From NCBI RefSeq assembly GCF_000017305.1, contig NC_009664.2, positions 2,430,001-2,462,000 on the forward strand: DNA of 32,000 nt. Reading direction: 5' to 3'. Source of the stretch: Kineococcus radiotolerans SRS30216 = ATCC BAA-149. Lineage in GTDB: Bacteria > Actinomycetota > Actinomycetes > Actinomycetales > Kineococcaceae. Below the pieces are notes generated by a model. It saw nothing but the letters and a program-made list of their open reading frames with translations. It had not been told where the DNA came from and made no database searches. Shown here piece by piece: positions 18,289-26,477 of this stretch. The position numbers and the translations under genes are program-made. The first letter of the stretch is position 1; each line of letters begins with the position of its first letter.

Positions 18289-19155
18289 TCAGCCCTTGGT
18301 GGCGCCGGCGGTCAGACCCGCGACGAGGTACTTCTGGCCGAACACGGCGGCCAGCAGCACGGGGACGGTCATGAGGGTGGCGGCGGCCATGAGACCGCCC
18401 CAGTCGGTGCTGGCGTAGGAGATGAAGGTGAACAACGTCACCGGCATCGTCTGGGTGTCCTCGTCGGAGAGGATGAGGGCGAACATGAAGTTGTTCCAGC
18501 TCGCGATGAACGCCAGCAGCGCCGCGGTCGCCGTACCGGGCGCGGCCAGCGGCAGCGCGATCCGCAGGAACGCCCCGAACGGGGACAACCCGTCGGTGCG
18601 GGCGGCCTCCTCCAGCTCGACGGGCAGGCCCTCGAAGAACCCGATCATGATCCACAGGATGAGCGGGACGGCGACGAACATGTGGCTGAGCACCAGGACG
18701 GTGTAGCTGCCGACGAGGCCCACCTGGGCGAAGAGGTAGTACCAGGGCACGAGCAGCGAGATCGCCGGCACGATGCGCGCCACGAGGACGAGGGACCCGG
18801 TGCGCTGCATCGCGAACCGTCCCACCGCCCACGCGGCGGGGACGGCGATGACCGCGGCCAGCACCGTGGACACGACGCCGACGATCGCGGAGTTCCCCAG
18901 CGAGCGGAGGATCTCCCCGTCGGCGAGGACGTTGCGGAAGTTGTCCAGCGTGGGGGAGAAGACCAGCCCCACGGTGGGGTCGGTCACCTGGACGTTGGTC
19001 TTGAACGCCGCGGCGATCATCCACACCACGGGCGCGACGATGACGAGGCAGACCAGCGTGATGGCGATCGCCCGCAGCGCTCCCCACGGGGAGCGCCGGA
19101 CCACGGGGCGCGGAGCGGGGCGGGGGTCGAGGCGGGTGGCGGTCGCGGTGCTCAC
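18289..19155 (-). CDS. Carbohydrate ABC transporter permease (MalG-like)
   Basis: Has the EAA loop '[27 protein letters not shown]' and six hydrophobic segments. The GTG start at 19155 overlaps the upstream stop (GTGA). Confidence 0.9.
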   Translation of the reverse strand: MSTATATRLDPRPAPRPVVRRSPWGALRAIAITLVCLVIVAPVVWMIAAAFKTNVQVTDPTVGLVFSPTLDNFRNVLADGEILRSLGNSAIVGVVSTVLAAVIAVPAAWAVGRFAMQRTGSLVLVARIVPAISLLVPWYYLFAQVGLVGSYTVLVLSHMFVAVPLILWIMIGFFEGLPVELEEAARTDGLSPFGAFLRIALPLAAPGTATAALLAFIASWNNFMFALILSDEDTQTMPVTLFTFISYASTDWGGLMAAATLMTVPVLLAAVFGQKYLVAGLTAGATKG

Positions 19156-20102
19156 GAGCGGGTCCTTCCGGAGCGGGCGCGCAGGACGAGGACGACGCCG
19201 ATGATGAGGAGGGTGAACAGGACGAGGACGGCCGCGGCGAGCCCGTATTCCTGGTAGTCGAAGGTGAGGCCGTAGGCGTAGACGTTGAGGGTCTCGACCT
19301 CGAAGTCGGACCCGCCTCCGGCGCCCTTGGTGGCGTAGAGGATGTCGAACGTCTTCAGCGCGTCCACGGCCCGCAGGATGAGCGCGGTGAACAGGGTCGT
19401 CGACAGCATGGGCAGGACGACGAACCGGAACCGCTGCCACGCGTTGGCCCCGTCGACGACGGCCGCCTCCTCCGGTTCCTCCGGCAGGGTCGAGAGCCCG
19501 GCGAGTAGCAGGATCGTCATCATCGGCGTCCACTGCCACACGTCGAGCAGCATCAGCACGCCGAGGGACTGCGAGACCGAGCCGAGGAACTCCTGGCGGG
19601 GCAGGCCGACGCCTTCCAGCAGGTGGTTGGCGATGCCGTTGGTGGGGTCGAGGATGAGCAGCCAGAGGATGCCGATGGCGACGGGGGTCGCCAGCAGCGG
19701 CACCATGAGGATCGTCCGGACGACGCGGGCCCCGGTGAACGCCTTGCGCATGAGCATCGCGATGGCCAGGCCGAGGATCGTCTCCAGGACGACGGCGCCG
19801 ACGGTGAAGACGGCGGTGCGGCCCAGCGCGGGCCAGAAGCGGCGGCCGTCGCCGAGGGCGTCGGCGAAGTTCTGCAGACCCAGGTAACGGCGCCCGGAGT
19901 TCACCGCCCCGAACGCGTCGGTGAGGCTGAGGTTCAGCGTGAACAGCAGTGGGAAGACGATCATCAGCCCGACGAACGCGAGCGCGGGGCCGAGCATGAG
20001 CCACTTCAGGCGCCGGTTCTGCTGCTCGAACGTCCGCGGCCGCTTCCCGCCGGGGGTGACGGTGAGCCGGCCGGAGGTGAGGTGGGGGGAGGTCGTCGAC
20101 AT
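19152..20102 (-). CDS. Carbohydrate ABC transporter permease (MalF-like)
   Basis: Has the EAA loop '[23 protein letters not shown]' and is hydrophobic throughout. The ATG at 20102 shares one nt with the upstream TGA. Confidence 0.9.
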   Translation of the reverse strand: MSTTSPHLTSGRLTVTPGGKRPRTFEQQNRRLKWLMLGPALAFVGLMIVFPLLFTLNLSLTDAFGAVNSGRRYLGLQNFADALGDGRRFWPALGRTAVFTVGAVVLETILGLAIAMLMRKAFTGARVVRTILMVPLLATPVAIGILWLLILDPTNGIANHLLEGVGLPRQEFLGSVSQSLGVLMLLDVWQWTPMMTILLLAGLSTLPEEPEEAAVVDGANAWQRFRFVVLPMLSTTLFTALILRAVDALKTFDILYATKGAGGGSDFEVETLNVYAYGLTFDYQEYGLAAAVLVLFTLLIIGVVLVLRARSGRTRS

Positions 20103-21409
20103 CAGAACTCCTGCTGGCGGTTGTCGCGGACGAGGAAGTCGGCGAACTCGGCGTCGGCGTCGTCGGCGGCGAGGTCGACGTCCTCGCCGAGGATCCCGGC
20201 GACCAGCGGCCGCCCGACGATGTCGCGGGCCCGGCCGACCTGGATGACCTCGGGGCGGTCGTGGCCGGTGCCGTTCTCGGTGTTGACCCGCATCGCCTCG
20301 GCCAGTTCCGGCGGGAACGCCGCCGTCGTGGCGGGGTCGGCCCAGACCGACGTGCGCGCGCCGGGGATGCCGGCGGACTGGATCTCGGAGACCCGCTCGG
20401 GGCCGGCGGCCCACTGCAGGAACGTCCACGCCTCGTCCTGCAGCCGGGAGAACCCGTTCACCGCCAGCGCCCACGAGGGGACGTTGTAGGGGACGGCCCC
20501 GGCCGGTCCGGCGGGGAAGGGCGCGAACCCGACGGTGTCCATGACGGTGGAGATCGTGGGGTCGAGGAAATTGGTGTAGATGGCGTCGGCGTCGACGTAG
20601 AACGCGGCCTTGCCCTGGGCGAAGATCGGCATGGCCTGCTCCAGGCTCATGTTCGTCGCCCCGGGTGGGCCGGCCTCGTGCAGCAGTCGCCCGTAGTACG
20701 CGTATGCCGCGCGCGCCTGTTCGCTGCCGATGCCGGAGCGGCCGTCGTCGGTGGTGAAGTCGCCGCCGAAGGAGAACAGGAAGCTGGACCACTGGCTGAC
20801 CGCCCCGGCGCGCTGCCCGCGACCGACGTAGCCGAACGTCCCGGCGTCGCGGTCGGTGAGGGTGAGGGCCTGCTCGAGGAGGTCGTCGAGGGTCTGCGGC
20901 GGCGCGGCCACCAGGTCCTTGCGGTAGTACAGCGCGGGCCGTTCGGTGACGACGGGGACGCTGTAGACCGAGCCGCGGGTGGTGGAGCGTTCGCGCACGG
21001 CCGCCTGGACGTCGTCCCAGGCGAAGGCGGGGTCGGTGACCCGGTCGCTGAGGTCGGCCAGCCACCCGTTGCGGGCGAAGAGGAGCTGGTCCTGCAGGGG
21101 GCGGAGCATCATGACGTCGATGTCCGTGGCGGAGGCGTTGAGCTTGACGTTGTAGCTGCTGCCGAGCTGGTCGGCGGTGAGCATCTGCATGCTGACCCGC
21201 CGCCCGGACAGCGCCTCGAACTCGGGCAGCCGCTCGGCGATGGCCTGCGACCAGACGTGGTTGACCGCGGCGATGCGCAGCGGGGTGTCGGGGCCGACGG
21301 CGCCGCTGCCGGAACCGCACGCGGCCAGCGCCGCGGTGGTCCCCGCTCCGGCCGTCGCGGTCAGCAGGGCGCGCCGGGTCAGCGCGGGTGGTGTCGACGT
21401 CATCGTCAT
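20102..21409 (-). CDS. Carbohydrate ABC transporter substrate-binding lipoprotein (CUT1 family)
   Basis: Tat-like signal plus lipobox 'LTRRALLTATAGAGTTAALAACGSG'. The length and position ahead of two permeases fit an SBP. Start chosen at MTMTS (21409); the ATG at 21487 is an alternative. Confidence 0.85.
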   Translation of the reverse strand: MTMTSTPPALTRRALLTATAGAGTTAALAACGSGSGAVGPDTPLRIAAVNHVWSQAIAERLPEFEALSGRRVSMQMLTADQLGSSYNVKLNASATDIDVMMLRPLQDQLLFARNGWLADLSDRVTDPAFAWDDVQAAVRERSTTRGSVYSVPVVTERPALYYRKDLVAAPPQTLDDLLEQALTLTDRDAGTFGYVGRGQRAGAVSQWSSFLFSFGGDFTTDDGRSGIGSEQARAAYAYYGRLLHEAGPPGATNMSLEQAMPIFAQGKAAFYVDADAIYTNFLDPTISTVMDTVGFAPFPAGPAGAVPYNVPSWALAVNGFSRLQDEAWTFLQWAAGPERVSEIQSAGIPGARTSVWADPATTAAFPPELAEAMRVNTENGTGHDRPEVIQVGRARDIVGRPLVAGILGEDVDLAADDADAEFADFLVRDNRQQEF

Positions 21410-21433
21410 CCTCGGGTCAGGCCGGAGACCACT

Positions 21434-21460
21434 GGTCCAACTGGTCCTACCAGTTGGACC
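21434..21460. promoter_or_regulatory. Perfect 11-bp inverted repeat, candidate GntR/FadR-type operator
   Basis: GGTCCAACTGG-TCCTA-CCAGTTGGACC. Its centre, TGGTCCTACCA, fits the (T)GGT-n3-ACC(A) GntR-family half-site logic. It lies between the GntR gene stop (21491) and the SBP start (21409). Confidence 0.55.
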
Positions 21461-21490
21461 GTAGCTGGGCGCCGTCGGCGAGGTCAACCC

Positions 21491-22243
21491 TCAGAACGGG
21501 TGCTGCAGCAGGTGCTCCAGGTGCCGGTTGGCCATGACCTCCAGCGGCTCGTCCAGGTCCGGGCCGTACGTCCGCAGCCCCAGGGCCAGGTGCTCGCGCA
21601 TGTTCTCCCGCGCCAGCTCCACGTCGTGCGCGGTGATCGCGGCGAGGATCTCCGCGTGGTGCGGCACCCCCGGCTCCGCGATCGAGGGGTCCGAGTTGGA
21701 GCGCAGCATCATCTCGAACATCATCGGCCCGATCGACAGCAGCATGATCCGCAGCACCGGGTTCCCGCTCGTCACCGCGATCGCCTCGTGGAAGCCCAGG
21801 TCCGCGCGTGCCATCGCCACCGCGTCCGGCGCCTCCAGCACCGCCCGGTGCGCCGCCGCCAGCGTCGCCAGGTCCTCCTCCGTGGCCAGCTCCGCCGCCA
21901 GCCCCGCGCTCTCCACCTCCAGCGGCAACCGCGCCCGGATGAGCTGGCGCACCGTCGGCCGGCTCGCCCGGTACACCGCGTCGAAGCCCCGCGACTCCGC
22001 CAGCCCCGGCGAGCTCACGAACGACCCCCGCCCCGCCGCGACCTCGATGAGGTGCTGCGCCTCCAGCCGCCGCAGCACCTCTCGCACCACGCCCCGGCTC
22101 GCCGCGAAGCGCGCCGACAGCTCCCGCTCCGAGGGCAGCTTGTCGCCCACCGCGAGAGCACCGGTGCGGATCTCGTGCTCCAGCTCGCGGGCGATGCGCT
22201 CGGTGAGGAGGCCGCGGTGGGGGGAGACCGGGGCGGGAGGCAT
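21491..22243 (-). CDS. GntR family transcriptional regulator (FadR/FCD subfamily)
   Basis: The track ORF is trimmed to the ATG at 22243. Winged-HTH 'GDKLPSERELSARFAASRGVVREVLRRLEAQHLIEV' is followed by an all-helical FCD-like C-terminus. Confidence 0.9.
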   Translation of the reverse strand: MPPAPVSPHRGLLTERIARELEHEIRTGALAVGDKLPSERELSARFAASRGVVREVLRRLEAQHLIEVAAGRGSFVSSPGLAESRGFDAVYRASRPTVRQLIRARLPLEVESAGLAAELATEEDLATLAAAHRAVLEAPDAVAMARADLGFHEAIAVTSGNPVLRIMLLSIGPMMFEMMLRSNSDPSIAEPGVPHHAEILAAITAHDVELARENMREHLALGLRTYGPDLDEPLEVMANRHLEHLLQHPF

Positions 22244-22401
22244 GGGCGTCAGCGTAGGGCGCCGCCGAGCCCGCGTCCGCCCGCCTCGGCGACGCGCAGC
22301 GGTGGAACGGGGCGAGCTGATCTGCTTCGCTGACCGGAGTGGCTCGGGCCGGTCCACCGTGCCCCGGGTGGCGAGGGACGGCCCTCGACGGAGGAGGCGG
22401 G

Positions 22402-22581
22402 ATGCCGCAGTGGAGGTCCGTGCTGCAGCAGGCGCGGTTGGAACGGGTCGCGGCGGAGACCGCGCTGCAGGAGGCGATAGTCGCGGGCGACCTGGAGGCT
22501 GCGGACTTCGCGCGGATCTGGCTCGCCGACGCGCAGGCTTCCGTCGACGAGCTGGAGACGCGCTACCGCGACCAGCTGTGA
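22402..22581 (+). CDS. Small helical hypothetical protein (59 aa)
   Basis: ATG at 22402 is preceded by GGAGGAGG. The sequence is amphipathic and helical ('LQQARLERVAAETALQEAIVAGDLEAADFARIWLADAQASVDELETRYRDQL'). Convergent with macrodomain gene 2. No recognisable family. Confidence 0.35.
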   Translation: MPQWRSVLQQARLERVAAETALQEAIVAGDLEAADFARIWLADAQASVDELETRYRDQL

Positions 22582-22590
22582 TGCGGCCCG

Positions 22591-23031
22591 TCAGCCCCGA
22601 GTGACGACCACCAGCTCGACGGGGGAGTCCGCGACGGCCGCGGTCAGGACGTCGAGGACCTCCGCCCACACCAGCCCGCCGATGCCCGCACCGAGTCGCG
22701 GCACCCCGAGCGCACCGAGCCGCCGCGTCTCCGCGTCGACGAGTGCCGCGCGGACGCTGCGCTCCACGGCGTCGAGGCGGGCGTCCGCACCGGACTGCTG
22801 CTGGGTGGCGAGGTTGTAGACCACGACGTCCTCGGCCACCCACGGGAACACCTCGCCGGGCTGCAGGTCCCCGGCCGCGCACAGCGCCTGGTACGCCGCG
22901 TGCATCTCCGGCCAACGACGACGGAACTCGACCGCGATGCCACCGCGCATCGACCCGACGCAGTTGCAGCCGTGCCCCAGGGCGGGCAGCCCCAGGTCGA
23001 ACAAGTCGCCGATCACGGGTTTCAGCGCCAT
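22591..23031 (-). CDS. Macrodomain protein, paralog 2
   Basis: 'GDLFDLGLPALGHGCNCVGSMRGGIA', 'VVVYNLATQ' and 'LGVPRLGAGIGGL'. Collinear with the 3166-3624 product over its whole length. Confidence 0.85.
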   Translation of the reverse strand: MALKPVIGDLFDLGLPALGHGCNCVGSMRGGIAVEFRRRWPEMHAAYQALCAAGDLQPGEVFPWVAEDVVVYNLATQQQSGADARLDAVERSVRAALVDAETRRLGALGVPRLGAGIGGLVWAEVLDVLTAAVADSPVELVVVTRG

Positions 23032-23044
23032 CGTCCGCCTCCTC

Positions 23045-23905
23045 TCAGGTCGTCACGGAGACGGTTCCGACGTGCCGGTGCCGCGTCGCCCCCGTGCCGG
23101 GGTGGAGGTGGGCGTAAGCGACCTGGACGGGAGCCTCGACGCGGGCGATGAACTTCTCCACCTCCGCGACCCTGGCCGTGCTCGCGCGAGCCAGGTGGAC
23201 GAGGTACGGGTGCCGCACCCGGCTGTTCCGGAACTTCTCGTCGTCCCCACGGAGGTGCGTCAGCCCGTAGTCGAGTCCGAGCTCGACGACGATGGGCGCC
23301 TCGATCCGCCCGTCCCGGAACTGCTGCCGGCTGGCCCGGGCGAGCTGCGTCGGCGCCAGCACCACCAGGTCGAACAGACCCCGACCGCCGCCCTTGTGCG
23401 GCTGCGGACGGGTCTCGGGCCACTCCTTGTGGACCAGTTGCGTTGTCAGCCCGTCGCGGAGGGCCTGCCGGGCGGCGAGCAGCTCGTGCTCCTTGAGGAG
23501 GGAGAACAGCTCCGCGTGCAGGGAGTGCTCGACCCGGTGCAGGTAGGGGTTCGCCAGGAACCCGTCGACGAGAGCGCGGATCGCGAGCTCCACTCTGGGA
23601 ACGGCGTCAGCGATCCACCCCTCGTCCTCGGGGAGCACCTCGACCAACGGCTCCACCGCCGACCCGCTCGCGGCCGGGTCGTCCAGCAACGTCCCGCCGC
23701 GCTCGACGAGCCAGTCCCGCAGGGCGTCGACGTCGGTGAACTCGGCCATGAGCCCGACGCTGACCTCGGCGGTGACGGGGAGGCGGTACCCGACCTCGAC
23801 CCCGGCGCGGGGGGCGGCGTGGTGGATGCGGACCGTCTGCGTCTTCTGGCCGACGGCGTGCACCACCGTCCGGCCTGCGACGAGCGTCTTCTCTCGGGAG
23901 GCCAC
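23045..23905 (-). CDS. Hypothetical protein with no recognised domain (start uncertain: GTG 23905 or ATG 23749)
   Basis: High third-position GC is maintained from GTG 23905 to the stop at 23045. Ends 13 nt before macrodomain gene 2. Contains 'QLVHKEWPE...GRGLFDLVVL...APIVVELGLDY', which faintly resembles an E/D...E-x-K nuclease core but lacks the Lys. Confidence 0.5.
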   Translation of the reverse strand: MASREKTLVAGRTVVHAVGQKTQTVRIHHAAPRAGVEVGYRLPVTAEVSVGLMAEFTDVDALRDWLVERGGTLLDDPAASGSAVEPLVEVLPEDEGWIADAVPRVELAIRALVDGFLANPYLHRVEHSLHAELFSLLKEHELLAARQALRDGLTTQLVHKEWPETRPQPHKGGGRGLFDLVVLAPTQLARASRQQFRDGRIEAPIVVELGLDYGLTHLRGDDEKFRNSRVRHPYLVHLARASTARVAEVEKFIARVEAPVQVAYAHLHPGTGATRHRHVGTVSVTT

Positions 23906-23994
23906 TCGTCGACGGTAGGTCGACGGAACGGGCGCGGTCCGGATGCGGCGTGTCGGCGGCACCGTTCGTCCCCACCGCGCGGCGGCCGCAGCCT

Positions 23995-24372
23995 TCACGG
24001 GCCCTCGACGGCCACCAGGTCGCGGATCGCAGCGTAGTCGTCGAGGTTGGACGTCCAGACCGTCAAGTCGTGGGCGCGCGCCGTCGCCGCGATCAGCAGG
24101 TCGACGCGACGGCGCCGGGGCTTCCGCCCAGCCGCGACTTCCGCGGCGTCGATGTCCGCGTAGGCGCCCAGGACGCTTGCGGTGACGGGCAGCGGGTCGA
24201 ACGCCGACCGGAGGCGCTCGAACCGCACCCGCCGGACCGTGCGGACGGGACCCTCGGGCGCGGCGTGGACGCCGGTGAGCAGCTCGGCGAAGGTGAGGAC
24301 GGAGACCGCCACCTCCCCGTCCGGCCAGACGCCGTCGATGAGGGCGTTGGTGTCGACCAGGTAGGTGGTCAC
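23995..24372 (-). CDS. vapC: PIN-domain ribonuclease toxin (VapC)
   Basis: N-terminal 'YLVDTNALI', central 'TFAELL', and C-terminal 'DLLIAATARAHDLTVWTSNLDDY', the PIN acidic-residue pattern. The GTG start overlaps the antitoxin stop (GTGA at 24369-24372). Confidence 0.85.
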   Translation of the reverse strand: MTTYLVDTNALIDGVWPDGEVAVSVLTFAELLTGVHAAPEGPVRTVRRVRFERLRSAFDPLPVTASVLGAYADIDAAEVAAGRKPRRRRVDLLIAATARAHDLTVWTSNLDDYAAIRDLVAVEGP

Positions 24373-24680
24373 CCGGCGGTCGGTCCCTCGCTCCGCTGGG
24401 CGGCGCGGCCATACGGGTTGTCGAGCTCGTCGTCGAAGGTGTCCTGGACGTCCCGCTTCCACGCCCCTCGGTCTTCCGGGGAGAGCGGGGCGAGGTCGTC
24501 GAAGAGGTGCCGCAACGTCTCGGCGGGGACGAAGCGGTGTGGTTCCGTCGGAGGTGGGTCCATCCGCAGCACGCCGACGGGAGCGCCGTTGCTCGTCACC
24601 AGCAGGTGCTCACCGTCGCGGAGGGCGCGCAGGATCTGACCGGAGTCGTTCCGCAGCTCGCGCTGGCTGATGGTCCGCAC
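24369..24680 (-). CDS. Phd/YefM-type antitoxin
   Basis: 'MRTISQRELRNDSGQILRALRDGEHLLVTSNGAPVGVL' is the typical Phd/YefM N-terminal fold signature. It sits immediately upstream of, and translationally coupled to, the PIN toxin. Confidence 0.8.
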   Translation of the reverse strand: MRTISQRELRNDSGQILRALRDGEHLLVTSNGAPVGVLRMDPPPTEPHRFVPAETLRHLFDDLAPLSPEDRGAWKRDVQDTFDDELDNPYGRAAQRSEGPTAG

Positions 24681-24688
24681 GTAGTGGA

Positions 24689-24710
24689 GTGTAGCGCCGC
24701 CGTGCTACAC
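24689..24710. promoter_or_regulatory. Inverted repeat upstream of the antitoxin gene (candidate TA autoregulation operator)
   Basis: GTGTAGC-n8-GCTACAC, located 9-30 nt upstream of the GTG start at 24680. Confidence 0.35.
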
Positions 24711-24739
24711 CTGTCTGCACGTACTGGTGGGTCGCCCCC

Positions 24740-26477
24740 TCAGCCGGCGCTCACAAGCGAGGCTTGGGTGAAGAAGTCCGTCGGCATCGCGTGGCGCAAC
24801 CGCCAGGTGATGCCGATGGGCCGCTCGCCCTCGTGGGAGACGTAGTGGGCCGGCCCCAGGAACAGGTACGGCTCGACCCCGAAGTCCCCTGCTTGCGCTG
24901 ACGCGCGAACAGCAGGACGTGCGTCCCCATCGCCCGGTGGTTCAGGTAGCGCTCGCCTGTGGGGGAGGTGACCGTCGTCCGCGACTGCGACTCCCAGTGG
25001 AAGAGGTGCGGCGTCAGCGGGTAGTCCCGGTACATCGTCGAGGGTGAGTAGTCGGCCTCGGACTTGGTCAGCGTGATGAGCAGCGCGTCTGTGCGCCGCT
25101 TGGGTGCCCAGACGACCCCCTCGCGGAAGGACATCGGCGGTCGGGTGGCCGTGGCGACGCCGAGCGCGCTGACGATCTCGTCACGGGAGTAGCGGGCGTG
25201 GACGCTGAGGGGCAGGTCGGCGATCTCCCCGTCGAGCTCGCTCGTGGGGTGGCGGGCGGAGTCGAAGGTGAGGTCGACGAGCTGCGTCAGTTCGTCCCGG
25301 GCCGCGGGTTCCTGCCGCAGCAGGTCGAGGACCGCGGCCAGGTCGCCGGGAGCGCCGGACGGCCAGAGGGACGCGGTGAGCATCCCGGCGAGGTGGCGTT
25401 CGACGGGGGACAGCGTGTCGGCGGTGACGTCGTCGCCGAGCAACCGGGAGTACGCATCGCGACGCAGCCGGTCGTCGACGTGGGTGACGGCACGCACCCG
25501 CTTCAACAGCGCGGTCTCCGCGGGGCCGGCCGGTCGCGTCTCCGTCCCGGCGCGGCGGCGCAGGTCCGTCCACGAGCGGTTGCTGCCGAGCAGTTCCCGC
25601 ACACTGAGTCCGCTGACGGTGAGGAAGTCCGCGATGCTGTTCGTCGCCTGCGCCCGGACCTTGTTGACGAGCGCGGGGGTGCGCGGGCTGAGTTGCGCTT
25701 GATGCTCGTGACAACGCGTTCCTGCACCACCTCGTCGAGGACGATGGAGCACCCCGCCGGCAGGAACGGGAACCCCTGCTCGGCCTGGTGCTGCGGCGCA
25801 CCGCGGCTGACCCCGGTGAGCGCGCGGAAGCGGGTGTCGAAGCGGAAGTTGGCGTTCTGGTGGCTCACGAAGCCCAGCGTGGTCAGCACCGCCTTGCCGG
25901 GGGAGGTGCGCAGACCACGGCCGAGCTGCTGCAGGAAGACGGCTGAGGATTCCGTGGGCCGCAGGAAGAGGACGGTGTCCACCTGCGGTACGTCGACGCC
26001 CTCGTTGTAGAGGTCGACGGCGAAGAGGATGCGCACGTCGCCCTCCTTCAACCGCCGCAGCGCCGTTGCACGCTCCTCCGGGGTGCTGCTACCGCTGACG
26101 GCGAGCGCGTCGACGCCCGCCTCGCGGAAGACGCGCGCCATGTAGTGCGCGTGCTCGACGCTGACGCAGAAACCGATCGCCCGCATCGAGGTCACGTCGC
26201 CCACCCGGCGGCGCAGCTCCCTCAGCACCAGGCGCGCTCGGGCGTCGTCCCCGGTGTAGAGGTTGGTCAAGCCTTTGACGTCGTAACCACCGCGCTGCCA
26301 GGCCAAGTCGCTCAGGTCCGTGCCGTCGTCCACGGCGAAGTAGTGCAACGGCACGAGCAGATTGTCGGCGAGTGCGTACCACAGCCTCAGCTCTGCCGCG
26401 GTGCGCCCGTCGAAGAGCGCGCGGACGTCCTGCCCGTCGGCACGTTCCGGCGTCGCCGTGAGTCCCAGCAGCTCTAG
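24740..26477 (-). pseudogene. SF2 (DEAD/DEAH-type) helicase with a C-terminal DUF3427-like domain. It is 5'-truncated and carries two 1-nt frameshifts.
   Basis: Helicase motif III onward is present ('LGLTATPER', 'VDLYNEGVDVPQVDTVLFLRPTES', 'QQLGRGLR'). The reading frame breaks near 25693-25698 and again at the C4 run at 24886-24889. Restoring one G at the latter gives '...KQGDFGVEPYLFLGPAHYVSHEGERPIGITWRLRHAMPTDFFTQASLVSAG*', which I recall as the typical DUF3427 tail. Motifs I-II are missing upstream, where the IS begins. Confidence 0.8.

Noticed and set aside
17048-22333. Plus-strand ORFs 17048-18418, 18280-19257, 19623-20489 and 20261-22333, plus upstream extensions of the minus-strand track ORFs (e.g. 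17039-19087, 19152-21320, 21491-22915)
   Set aside because: These are shadow ORFs or run-on upstream extensions. In every case trimming to an internal start with an RBS or a 4-nt overlap gives a normal-length ManD, permease, SBP or GntR protein.
3166-23031. Idea that the two macrodomain genes are the ends of a composite transposon or segmental duplication bracketing 19 kb
   Set aside because: They share only ~60% protein identity and lie in direct (not inverted) orientation. Their flanking sequences are unrelated, and the interior contains ordinary metabolic and transport operons of host-like composition.
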